Position numbers and translations under genes: made by a program. From the NCBI GenBank assembly GCA_018675685.1, contig JABGXP010000014.1:17288-81287 (forward strand): a stretch of DNA of 64,000 nucleotides, in the 5' to 3' direction. Source of the DNA: a bacterium (GTDB lineage Bacteria; Patescibacteriota; Minisyncoccia; Moranbacterales; DUUL01). Under the pieces are notes generated by a model, which saw nothing but the letters and a program-made list of their open reading frames with translations, did not search any database and was not told the origin of the DNA. Below are positions 56,393-64,000 of the stretch, piece by piece. The stretch's first letter is position 1; each line of letters begins with the position of its first letter.

Positions 56393-56758
56393 ATGAAAAT
56401 AAAAAACAAAATCATTCCCATTTGTTTAATCGTTGTCATTGCAATATTAGTTAAAAATTTTGAAGGCTTGGTCTCTGGTGAAATAGTGCATAAGTTTTTG
56501 AAAATGATAATTTTTCCAGAAAAATTTGAAATAGTTTTTTCAGTTCTACAATTGATTTGTGTAATCTTTTTTCTTCTAAGTGTGCTTGTTTCAATAATTT
56601 CTGGCCCAATGTATTTTTTTGTGAGAAAAGACATTGTAAAATCTAAGATGGTGAAAAAATATATTAAATATTCAGTATTAGGTCTTTTCGGGTCTTTTGC
56701 TCTGTATCTATTAGTAATTTTGATAAGAATTTTTGTTTTTGGTGGTACATTGCAATAA
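56393..56758 (+). CDS. Hypothetical 3-TM small membrane protein (paralog family with 56818 gene)
   Basis: Shares the segment FF(V/R)RKDI(V/E)K(S/E)K between TM helices with the next ORF; A-rich start context. Confidence 0.45.
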   Translation: MKIKNKIIPICLIVVIAILVKNFEGLVSGEIVHKFLKMIIFPEKFEIVFSVLQLICVIFFLLSVLVSIISGPMYFFVRKDIVKSKMVKKYIKYSVLGLFGSFALYLLVILIRIFVFGGTLQ

Positions 56759-56790
56759 TATTCATAGTTTTTTATAATTTTACTAGTCTG

Positions 56791-56848
56791 TAATATTAAA
56801 AATTAAAATAAAAAAAAATGAAAGTAGCCATTAATGATTTTGGTTGGA
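56791..56848 (+). repeat. Duplicated copy of the gap 5' leader plus first ~10 codons (compare 57176-57233)
   Basis: taatattaaaaattaaaataaaaaaa(aa)ATGAAAGTAGC(C/T)AT(T/A)AATG(A/G)TTTTGGT(T/C)GGA is near-identical between the two loci. Confidence 0.6.
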
Positions 56849-57171
56849 CAGTGAAAGCAAAAATGATAATTTTAGGCGCATTGTTTATTTTTCAGGCTAA
56901 GGTTGCAAATGCGAGTATCACTTTAGACCGGCTCTTTGAGTATACATGGTTTGAGTCGGCATTTCATATCATGCAATGGGCACTTTTAATTTTTTTATGC
57001 ATTTTCTCCCTTCTAACATTTGTTTTTGCAATATCGTTAATTTTTTTTAGAAAAGACATTGAAAAAGAAAAGTTCATAAGAGGTAAAGCATTAGTTGCTG
57101 CTATTTCTTCTGTCATCTTAAGTTTTATTTATGCATTTACTACATTTCTAGCACCAATGATTAGTAATTAA
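56818..57171 (+). CDS. Chimeric small membrane protein: gap-derived N-terminus (MKVAINDFGW) fused to a 3-TM paralog of the 56393 gene
   Basis: Its first ~30 nt of coding sequence and the upstream leader duplicate those of gap, with the GxGxxG motif destroyed (G to D, R to W); the remainder is hydrophobic and carries the FFRKDIEKEK motif. Confidence 0.45.
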   Translation: MKVAINDFGWTVKAKMIILGALFIFQAKVANASITLDRLFEYTWFESAFHIMQWALLIFLCIFSLLTFVFAISLIFFRKDIEKEKFIRGKALVAAISSVILSFIYAFTTFLAPMISN

Positions 57172-57200
57172 TTTATAATATTAAAAATTAAAATAAAAAA

Positions 57201-58199
57201 ATGAAAGTAGCTATAAATGGTTTTGGTCGGATTGGGCGACCTGTGTTGAAGATTTCACTGGAGAATCCCAATGTTGAGGTTGTAGCAATCAATGATCTGG
57301 GGGAGCTGGAAACTCTTGCATATCTCTTGAAATATGACACTTCTTATGGTGTTTATTCAAAAGACGTACAAATTAAAGATGGAAACCTAGTTGTGAATGG
57401 AAAGGAAATCAAGGTTTTCAGTGAAAGGGACCCCAAAAAGCTTCCTTGGAAGGAATTGGGTGTTGACGTGGTGTTTGAGTGTACAGGCATCTTCAAGGAC
57501 CGAGAGAGTGCTTCTGCACATCTTGATGCTGGAGCAAAGAGAGTTTTGATTTCAGCTCCAACGAAAGATAAAAGTTTAAAGACTATAGTTTTGGGTGTAA
57601 ATGAAAAAGAGATTATGGATGGTGACCAAATTCTTTCGATGGCATCTTGTACTACAAATTGTATTGCTCCAATTATGAAAGTATTGGAGGATAAATTTGG
57701 AATCGAGAAGTCACTGATGACAACGATCCATAGCTATACTTCAACACAGTCGCTTATTGATGGACCTTCAAAGAAAAAGCTTCGAGAAGGGCGAGCAGCA
57801 GCTCTTAATATCATTCCTTCAACAACAGGGGCTGCGATTGCTGCAGGAAAAACAATTCCAGCATTGAATGGAATTTTTGACGGGATGGCTTTCAGGGTTC
57901 CAACTGCGGTTGGCAGTGTGAGTGATGTTGTTGCTGTCTTGAAAAAAGATGCGACAGAAGAAAAAATAAATGAAGCACTTGAAGAAGCTTCAAAAGGAGT
58001 GATGAATGGAGTGATGCTTGTAACAGATGAGCCACTTGTTTCACATGATATTGTTGGAAGCAGTTATTCTGTGATTGTTCAGAAAGAACTTACAAAGGTC
58101 GTGGGAGGGAATATGGTGAAAATTGTAGGATGGTATGACAATGAATGGGGATATTCAACAAGATTAGTTGATTTGGCGGTCAGATTGTTTCATAAGTAA
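57201..58199 (+). CDS. gap: Glyceraldehyde-3-phosphate dehydrogenase (type I)
   Basis: MKVAINGFGRIGR Rossmann motif; catalytic SCTTNC; 332 aa. Confidence 0.95.
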   Translation: MKVAINGFGRIGRPVLKISLENPNVEVVAINDLGELETLAYLLKYDTSYGVYSKDVQIKDGNLVVNGKEIKVFSERDPKKLPWKELGVDVVFECTGIFKDRESASAHLDAGAKRVLISAPTKDKSLKTIVLGVNEKEIMDGDQILSMASCTTNCIAPIMKVLEDKFGIEKSLMTTIHSYTSTQSLIDGPSKKKLREGRAAALNIIPSTTGAAIAAGKTIPALNGIFDGMAFRVPTAVGSVSDVVAVLKKDATEEKINEALEEASKGVMNGVMLVTDEPLVSHDIVGSSYSVIVQKELTKVVGGNMVKIVGWYDNEWGYSTRLVDLAVRLFHK

Positions 58200-58216
58200 A
58201 AAACAACAATACATAT

Positions 58217-58429
58217 ATGAAAGTCATTATAGAAAATTTTGGCAGACTCGTACCTTTTATTTTATTTTTGTTTAGTACAATATTTTTTGTGACGTATACG
58301 TTAAAGTGGCTAATGTCAAATAAAGATTCTCAACAGGCCAGGAAGTTCATGCTCTACATATTGTTTTCAGCAATGGGATTTTTAGTCTCAATGATTTTTG
58401 CTGTTTTTATAATGTTTGAGAATAATTAG
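58217..58429 (+). CDS. Short hydrophobic ORF with gap-like N-terminus (MKVIIENFGRL); possibly the degenerate core of a gap remnant
   Basis: Its N-terminal ~35 nt resemble the gap start, and it is followed in the gap frame by the 3' gap fragment. Confidence 0.3.
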   Translation: MKVIIENFGRLVPFILFLFSTIFFVTYTLKWLMSNKDSQQARKFMLYILFSAMGFLVSMIFAVFIMFENN

Positions 58430-58500
58430 GATAGGATGATAATGAATGGGGATATTCAACAAGATTAGTTGATCTTGCTGTGAGATTGTTTCATAAATAA
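58425..58500 (+). pseudogene. Duplicated 3' fragment of gap (…DDNEWGYSTRLVDLAVRLFHK*), about 90% identical to 58124-58199
   Basis: atgaatggggatattcaacaagattagttgat...agattgtttcataaataa versus the real gap 3' end; in-frame remnant with an internal stop. Confidence 0.55.
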
Positions 58501-58730
58501 TTTATGTTTTAAGTTTAAGAAAAAAGTTTGTTGTATTCTTATATGCAACAAACTTTTTCTTTTTAGTGTGGCTCTTATCTCTTGCAATAAATCTTCAAAT
58601 GCTTCATAGTTAAGGTGCTAGAGGAAGAAAATGATACTTAAGGGAAGTGTTATTTTTTTGATAAAAAAGAGCTATGCAAATAGCCTAGTCTTAAATAAAA
58701 GAGAATTGAGAAATAAATTACAAAGTTTTT

Positions 58731-60131
58731 ATGAATTTGAAAAATAAAAAAGTTACAGTAATGGGAATCGGTCTTCATGGTGGAGGTGTCGCGATGATTT
58801 CTTGGCTATCTAAACAAGGTGCCCGTGTTTTTGCAACTGACAAAAAAACAGCAGAAGAATTGAAAAATTCATTGGAGAAGATAGAGAAATTGAAAAATGT
58901 TAAAATTATTACAGGACAGCATCGAATGGAGGATTTTACTCATGTTGATTTAGTGATTAAGAATCCAGATGTTTCTTGGACTAATAAATACATCAAGGCT
59001 GCGTTAGAGAGTAAAGTGCCCGTTGAGATGGATTCCAGTTTGTTTATGAAGCTTTGTCCCACAAAGAATATAATAGGTATTACAGGGACAAAAGGTAAAA
59101 CTACTACGTCGCTTATGATTGCGCATATCCTTGAAGAGGCCGGGAAACATGTTGTTAGAGTTGGTATTGGGCAAGAAGCTGTGATAAACAAACTTGCACA
59201 AATCAAAAAAGATTCCTGGGTTGTTTTTGAGCTGTCTTCTTGGAGATTAAGTGCTTTGGAGCAGATCAAAAGAAGTCCACGCATTGCTATTGTAACAAAT
59301 ATTTTTCAAGATCATTTGAATCGTTATAGCTCAATGGAGACATATGTTCTAGATAAAGAAAAGATTTTTCGTTTTCAAAAAGAGGAGGATTTTCTTATTT
59401 TGAATTATGATCAAACGGAATACTTTGAAGAATTTTCCCAACAAGCAAAAGGAAAAATAGTTTCTTTTACAAAAAATAATGAGACAACCCTTCATGGTTT
59501 GTTTGTTGATAAAGAAAAAATTAAATATAAATCCGAAGAGAAAGAAATTGAGTTGTTTGAGGTCAAGGATATGGCACTGAGAGGAAAGCACAATCTTTCC
59601 AATGCACTTGCTGCAAGTGCCGCCGCTATCTTGGTTGGAGTCTCGGAACAAACTATTAAAAATGCAATTTCGACTTTTTCTGGTGTGAAGCATAGACTGG
59701 AGTATATTGGGAAGAGAAATGGTGTTGCTTATTACAATGACACAACAGCTACGACCCCTGAATCTGCAATTGTTGGGATAGAGTCGTTTTCTCGTCCAAT
59801 CCATTTAATTTGTGGTGGGTCTAACAAGAAATTGGACTTGCGACCACTCGCGCGAAAAATTGCAATGGATGAAAATGTAATCTCAATCTCACTTTTAAAA
59901 GGTGGGGCAACTGAAACTCTAATTAAACTTCTTAGAGAATTTGATGGAGCATCTAAAAAAATCAGGGGACTTTATGATGAAATGAAAAATGTTGTGCATG
60001 ATTTATACACAAATTCAAAAGAAGGGGAGATTGTTCTTCTTTCTCCTGGATGTGCTAGTTTTGGAATGTTTGTGAATGAATTTGACAGAGGAGAGCAGTT
60101 TCGAGAAGCAATTAAAGAAATTGAGAAGTAG
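58731..60131 (+). CDS. murD: UDP-N-acetylmuramoylalanine--D-glutamate ligase
   Basis: N-terminal Rossmann VTVMGIGLHGGGVA; P-loop GITGTKGKTTT; Mur ligase central and C-terminal domains. The ATG at 58761 is an alternative start. Confidence 0.9.
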   Translation: MNLKNKKVTVMGIGLHGGGVAMISWLSKQGARVFATDKKTAEELKNSLEKIEKLKNVKIITGQHRMEDFTHVDLVIKNPDVSWTNKYIKAALESKVPVEMDSSLFMKLCPTKNIIGITGTKGKTTTSLMIAHILEEAGKHVVRVGIGQEAVINKLAQIKKDSWVVFELSSWRLSALEQIKRSPRIAIVTNIFQDHLNRYSSMETYVLDKEKIFRFQKEEDFLILNYDQTEYFEEFSQQAKGKIVSFTKNNETTLHGLFVDKEKIKYKSEEKEIELFEVKDMALRGKHNLSNALAASAAAILVGVSEQTIKNAISTFSGVKHRLEYIGKRNGVAYYNDTTATTPESAIVGIESFSRPIHLICGGSNKKLDLRPLARKIAMDENVISISLLKGGATETLIKLLREFDGASKKIRGLYDEMKNVVHDLYTNSKEGEIVLLSPGCASFGMFVNEFDRGEQFREAIKEIEK

Positions 60132-60192
60132 TAAATTTCGATAAACACAATGATATAAGTAGAACACTTAAAGATTAAATATTGGAAAATAA

Positions 60193-61248
60193 ATGAAAAA
60201 AATAATAGGAGCTCTCGCTATCAGTATCCTTTTCTTTTCAATAGTAGCACTTTGTGGATACAATTGGATACGGGGCGGTGCGTTTGAAAGTACGGTAAGC
60301 GAGTCTAATATTTTGCAAAAATTTGAAATTAAAGAAGGCGAGGGAGTAAAGGTCATTGCAAAAAACCTTTTCAAGGAAAAACTAATAGAAGAAGAGAATT
60401 TCTTTCTTTACTATATTTGGAAGACAAAGAAAGGAAGCGGATTGCAAGCTGGTGTGTACGAGCTTTCCCCTGATATGATTATCCCTGATATTGTGGACAA
60501 GTTTACTGACGGAAAAATTAAAGTAGAAGTTTTAAAGCTAACTGTCCCAGAAGGATTTACGAATAAGAAAATCATTGCACTTTTACGAGAAAAAAAACCT
60601 GAAATTTCTGATGAATTTGAAAGTATTATCCAATGCAAATGTTTAAGCACTCAAAATTGTGAGTGTGATAAATTCAGCAAAAAGTATGATTTTTTAGCTG
60701 AAATTCCTGTCGGAGTTGATATGGAGGGTTATCTTTTCCCTGATACTTATTTTATTGACAAGGAAGAAACGGGGGCAACATTGGTAAGCAAATTTTTGAA
60801 TAATTTCAAAAACAAAATTGATGCCGATTTAACTAAAAAAATTGAGCTAAGTGGAGAAAGTTTATATGAAGTTATTACATTGGCTTCGATTGTAGAAAGG
60901 GAAGTTCCAACGGAAGAGGATGCAAAAATGGTGGCAGGAGTTTTTAGAAACCGTCTTCAAGTTGGAATGGCACTGGAAAGCTGTGCAACGCTAGCATATT
61001 TTCAAGGGGTTGATAAACGCCAATTTTCCTTTGAAGACACTAGAGTTGAATCTCCATATAATACGTATATAAATCCAGGGCTTCCACCTGGACCAATTTC
61101 GAATCCAGGCCTAACTTCTATTAAGGCGACAGTCAGTCCAACTAATTCAGACTATATTTTCTTTTTGTCTGATTTTAAAACAGGGGAAACTGTTTATTCA
61201 AAGACACTAGCCGAGCACAATTTAAACAAAGATAAGCATGGGTTGTAA
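60193..61248 (+). CDS. mltG: Endolytic murein transglycosylase MltG (YceG-like)
   Basis: N-terminal TM; YceG domain motifs (LASIVEREV; GVFRNRL; ESCATLAY; GLPPGPISNPG). Confidence 0.85.
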   Translation: MKKIIGALAISILFFSIVALCGYNWIRGGAFESTVSESNILQKFEIKEGEGVKVIAKNLFKEKLIEEENFFLYYIWKTKKGSGLQAGVYELSPDMIIPDIVDKFTDGKIKVEVLKLTVPEGFTNKKIIALLREKKPEISDEFESIIQCKCLSTQNCECDKFSKKYDFLAEIPVGVDMEGYLFPDTYFIDKEETGATLVSKFLNNFKNKIDADLTKKIELSGESLYEVITLASIVEREVPTEEDAKMVAGVFRNRLQVGMALESCATLAYFQGVDKRQFSFEDTRVESPYNTYINPGLPPGPISNPGLTSIKATVSPTNSDYIFFLSDFKTGETVYSKTLAEHNLNKDKHGL

Positions 61249-61257
61249 GAATTGATT

Positions 61258-62382
61258 ATGACATTTAGAGTTAGTCAGTTTGCAAAATTTGATCTAATTT
61301 CTATTGTAGCAATGACCTTTTTGATTGCTACTGGGCTTATTGCAATTTTTTCTCTCTCTTTGGAATCAGAGAGAGTTGGTTTTAATAATTTTGAAAAACA
61401 AACCATTCATGTTGCGATTGCAATAGTAACTTTCATAGTTTTTAGTTTAATTGATTATCGAATTTGGAAAAGCCATAGCGGTAATTTATATTTAATCGGA
61501 ATCATTCTTTTGGCAGCAGTTCTTTTTTTAGGAGATAATATCCGTGGAACATCCGGTTGGTTTAAATTGGGGTTCTTCAATGTTCAACCGGTGGAGCTTA
61601 TGAAATTAGCATTGATTATTGCGCTTGCGCGTTATTTTTCTCAGATTAAGCCTTTACTGATTTCTTTTAAGCATATTCTGATTTCATTTTGTTATGTTTT
61701 AATTCCAGTTTCGTTAGCTGCTAGGCAGCCAGACATGGGATCTGCTGTTGTGATGATAATGATTTGGTTTGCAATGGTTCTGCTTTCTGGAATTAATAAA
61801 AAATATATTTTTGGTATTGTCGTGACAGGTTTACTGGTAATTATTTTTGGATGGGGGCTTTTCCTAAAGCCATATCAAAAAGCAAGAGTGCACTCATTTT
61901 TGAGTCCAGGAAGTGATCCCTTGGGTGACGGATATAACGTCATCCAGTCCATGGTTGCAGTTGGATCAGGTGGAGTGCATGGAAAAGGAGTAGGGCATGG
62001 TTCGCAGAGTAAGTTGAACTTTCTTCCAGAAAAACATACGGATTTTATATATGCCACAATAGCAGAGGAAAGAGGTCTTATTGGAACGGGTATTGTAATT
62101 GGACTCTTCGGAGTTTTATTGTATCGTCTAAGGGTAATATACAAAGCATCAAGAGATTTATTTGGTAAATTCGTAGTCGGAGGCGTCACTATGGTTATTT
62201 TTTTCCAAGCTTTTATAAACATTGGAATGAATATTGGGATTATTCCCGTTGCAGGACTTTCCTTGCCATTCTTGAGTTATGGAGGAAGCTTTATCGTTGT
62301 AACACTAGCTTTTATGGGGTTAGCTCAAAGTGTTTGGATTAGAAGGCTCAAAAGTGACAAAAATTCAAGAATATTAGGATAA
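61258..62382 (+). CDS. ftsW: SEDS-family peptidoglycan glycosyltransferase FtsW/RodA
   Basis: The track start at 61252 is a TTG; the ATG is at 61258. 10 TM; conserved SEDS motifs (FQPVELMKLALI; GSGGVHGKGVGHGSQS; TDFIYATIAEE; LPFLSYGGS). Confidence 0.85.
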   Translation: MTFRVSQFAKFDLISIVAMTFLIATGLIAIFSLSLESERVGFNNFEKQTIHVAIAIVTFIVFSLIDYRIWKSHSGNLYLIGIILLAAVLFLGDNIRGTSGWFKLGFFNVQPVELMKLALIIALARYFSQIKPLLISFKHILISFCYVLIPVSLAARQPDMGSAVVMIMIWFAMVLLSGINKKYIFGIVVTGLLVIIFGWGLFLKPYQKARVHSFLSPGSDPLGDGYNVIQSMVAVGSGGVHGKGVGHGSQSKLNFLPEKHTDFIYATIAEERGLIGTGIVIGLFGVLLYRLRVIYKASRDLFGKFVVGGVTMVIFFQAFINIGMNIGIIPVAGLSLPFLSYGGSFIVVTLAFMGLAQSVWIRRLKSDKNSRILG

Positions 62383-62400
62383 CTATTTAAACCAAAAAAA

Positions 62401-63465
62401 GTGATAAAGCGCAAAAAAACAAGACATATATTAATTGGCAATGTTGGGGTTGGAGGAGATGAACCAGTTAGGGTTCAATCTATGACCAATACTGATACTC
62501 GCAATGTTAAAAAAACTGTTTCACAAATTAAAGGACTTGAAAGGGTTGGATGTGAAATTGTAAGAGTTGCGGTTCCCGACATGGAAGCTGCTAAAGTTCT
62601 TTCGGAAATAAAAAAACAGATTTCCATTCCACTGGTTGCAGATATTCATTTTTCTGCTGATTTAGCCTTGGAAGCTATTCGTCAAGGAGTTGATAAAATT
62701 CGGATTAATCCTGGGAACGTGAAGCCTATAGAAAAAATAAAAGAAGTTGTATTAGCCTGTAAAAAGAAGAAAATTCCTATTAGAATTGGGGTTAATGCAG
62801 GCTCTTTGGAACAAGAAATTTTAGAGCAATATAAGGGCGAAGCAACCGCAAAGGGAATGGTTCAATCTGCAATTAAACACATTACAATCTTAGAGGAATT
62901 GGGTTTTGAAGATATTATGATTTCCCTTAAAGCATCTGACATTGAAAGAACGGTTGAGGCATATCGAGAGTTAAGTGAAAAAGTTAACTACCCCTTGCAC
63001 GTTGGGGTTACTGAAGCTGGCACAAAATTTCGAGGAACTGTGATGAGTTCTATCGGTATTGGAACTTTGCTTTATGCTGGAATTGGAGACACAATCCGTG
63101 TTTCATTGACGGATGATCCCACAGAAGAAATCCCTGTTGCATGGGAAATTTTATCAGCACTTGACCTTCGACATCGAAAGCCCACAGTAACAAGTTGCCC
63201 GACTTGCGGAAGAACAGAAATTGATTTACTGAAACTAACAAAAGAAGTTGAAAAATTAGTTGAGAAGTTTCCTAGGAAACTTCATATTGCTGTGATGGGC
63301 TGCATTGTTAATGGTCCAGGAGAAGCTAAAGAGGCAGACATTGCAGTAATTGGAGGCAAGGGGGTTGGTTTAATTTGTCGTAAGGGTAAGATACTAAGGA
63401 AAGTTAAAGAAAGGGACTTATTAACTGAATTTAAGAAAGAGCTAGAGAAGGAGTTTAAAAAATAA
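62401..63465 (+). CDS. ispG: 4-hydroxy-3-methylbut-2-en-1-yl diphosphate synthase (flavodoxin)
   Basis: GTG start. VRVQSMTNTDTRNV, TIM-barrel domain, and the C-terminal 4Fe-4S domain CPTCGRTE…GCIVNGPGE. Confidence 0.9.
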   Translation: MIKRKKTRHILIGNVGVGGDEPVRVQSMTNTDTRNVKKTVSQIKGLERVGCEIVRVAVPDMEAAKVLSEIKKQISIPLVADIHFSADLALEAIRQGVDKIRINPGNVKPIEKIKEVVLACKKKKIPIRIGVNAGSLEQEILEQYKGEATAKGMVQSAIKHITILEELGFEDIMISLKASDIERTVEAYRELSEKVNYPLHVGVTEAGTKFRGTVMSSIGIGTLLYAGIGDTIRVSLTDDPTEEIPVAWEILSALDLRHRKPTVTSCPTCGRTEIDLLKLTKEVEKLVEKFPRKLHIAVMGCIVNGPGEAKEADIAVIGGKGVGLICRKGKILRKVKERDLLTEFKKELEKEFKK

Positions 63466-63484
63466 TTCATTATCAAAAAACAAA

Positions 63485-64000
63485 ATGGAATGTAAGGTTG
63501 CTAAGACTGCTGGTTTTTGTGGAGGTGTTAAAAAGGCCTTTTTAATGGTGCAAGAAGAATTTAAAACAAAACCAGAAAATGGAAGGATCTTGATCTTTGG
63601 TTCACTTGTGCATAATGAAAATGTGATGAAAATTATCAATGGAATGGGTATTGTGAAAATAGATTCCTTGAATGAAGTAGGAAGTGGCGACATTGTGATA
63701 ATCACAGCCCATGGTGCTGGCAGGAAGGTTTTTGAGGAAATAGAGAGACGAGGTGCGACAAGCTTTAATGCAACCTGCCCTAAGGTTTCAATGGTGCAAG
63801 ATTGTGCTAAAAAATATTACGAAAAAGGATTTGAAATTATAATCTTTGGAAACAGAGAGCATAAAGAGGTTAGAGGTATCAACGGTTGGTGTGAAAATAA
63901 AGCCAGGATCATTCCAGATTTCAAGGAAGTAGCAGCTTTAATTAATGAGATCAGAGCTAAGAAGATTAAAAAACCAATTTTATTGATATCGCAAACAACT
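63485..64000 (+). CDS. ispH: 4-hydroxy-3-methylbut-2-enyl diphosphate reductase, 5' partial (runs off window)
   Basis: MECKVAKTAGFCGGVKKAF; …ITAHGAG…; TCPKV…; open to the window end, so absent from the ORF track. Confidence 0.85.
   Translation, partial: MECKVAKTAGFCGGVKKAFLMVQEEFKTKPENGRILIFGSLVHNENVMKIINGMGIVKIDSLNEVGSGDIVIITAHGAGRKVFEEIERRGATSFNATCPKVSMVQDCAKKYYEKGFEIIIFGNREHKEVRGINGWCENKARIIPDFKEVAALINEIRAKKIKKPILLISQTT

Noticed and set aside
1-64000. CRISPR arrays, reverse transcriptases, integrase/transposase genes, toxin-antitoxin pairs
   Set aside because: I scanned by eye for regularly spaced direct repeats and for RT (YxDD), integrase (R-H-R-Y) and transposase (DDE) signatures among all ORFs; none were found. 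The only mobile-element-like footprint is the tRNA-Gln direct repeat reported above.

Overview
This 64 kb window looks like the chromosome of a low-GC, small-genome bacterium, most plausibly a Patescibacteria/CPR-type organism (inference). Supporting signs are mostly short, plus-strand, tightly packed housekeeping genes, a truncated AlaRS, an RRM-type RNA-binding protein and an orphan receiver domain.

Recognisable genes, in order:
- DNA repair and replication: mutM, a DUF3048 lipoprotein, holA, xseA, xseB.
- Aminoacylation: gatB, alaS, tyrS, pheS, a membrane-protein gene inserted between pheS and pheT, pheT, and aspS.
- capA-like metallophosphatase, rnhB, tRNA-Leu(CAA, minus strand), rpmF, nusB with a lysine-rich tail, rnc, smc.
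- An RDD protein, rsmI, secF, a GT4 glycosyltransferase, pgk, speH, tRNA-Gln(CUG) and an RRM RNA-binding protein.
- A minus-strand block: an ATP-grasp (RimK-like) enzyme, a glutamine-synthetase-family enzyme and typA.
- A surface/secretion cluster: a coiled-coil secreted protein, a lipoprotein, DUF2207, and a MacA/MacB-type ABC efflux triplet.
- A CAP-domain protein, an orphan response regulator, an MFS transporter, scpA, scpB.
- A cell-wall block: DD-carboxypeptidase, mraY, a GT2 glycosyltransferase, gyrB, gap, murD, mltG, ftsW, then ispG and the 5' part of ispH.

No CRISPR array, reverse transcriptase, integrase or transposase gene was seen.

Five loci are not explained by ordinary annotation:
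1. A visibly GC-richer, minus-strand two-gene cassette (17.0-18.3 kb) encoding small exported proteins, with its own terminator.
2. Two translationally coupled tandem paralogous cysteine-motif (CHNCP) mini-ORFs between rnc and smc.
3. tRNA-Gln followed 200 bp downstream by an exact 14-bp direct repeat of its 3' end, bracketing a GC-rich non-coding segment (att-like relic). A 36-bp perfect palindrome of GAAC/GTTC half-sites lies next to it.
4. Segmental duplications of the 5' leader plus first ~10 codons of gap, and of its 3' end, fused to or flanking small hydrophobic ORFs at 56.8-58.5 kb.
5. A polyamine-type trio: AdoMetDC, an ATP-grasp enzyme and a GS-family ligase.

Track coordinates whose first codon is actually TTG or GTG were re-anchored to the first plausible ATG where a homologue's N-terminus supports it. 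Non-ORF coordinates were counted by hand and may be off by 1-2 nt.
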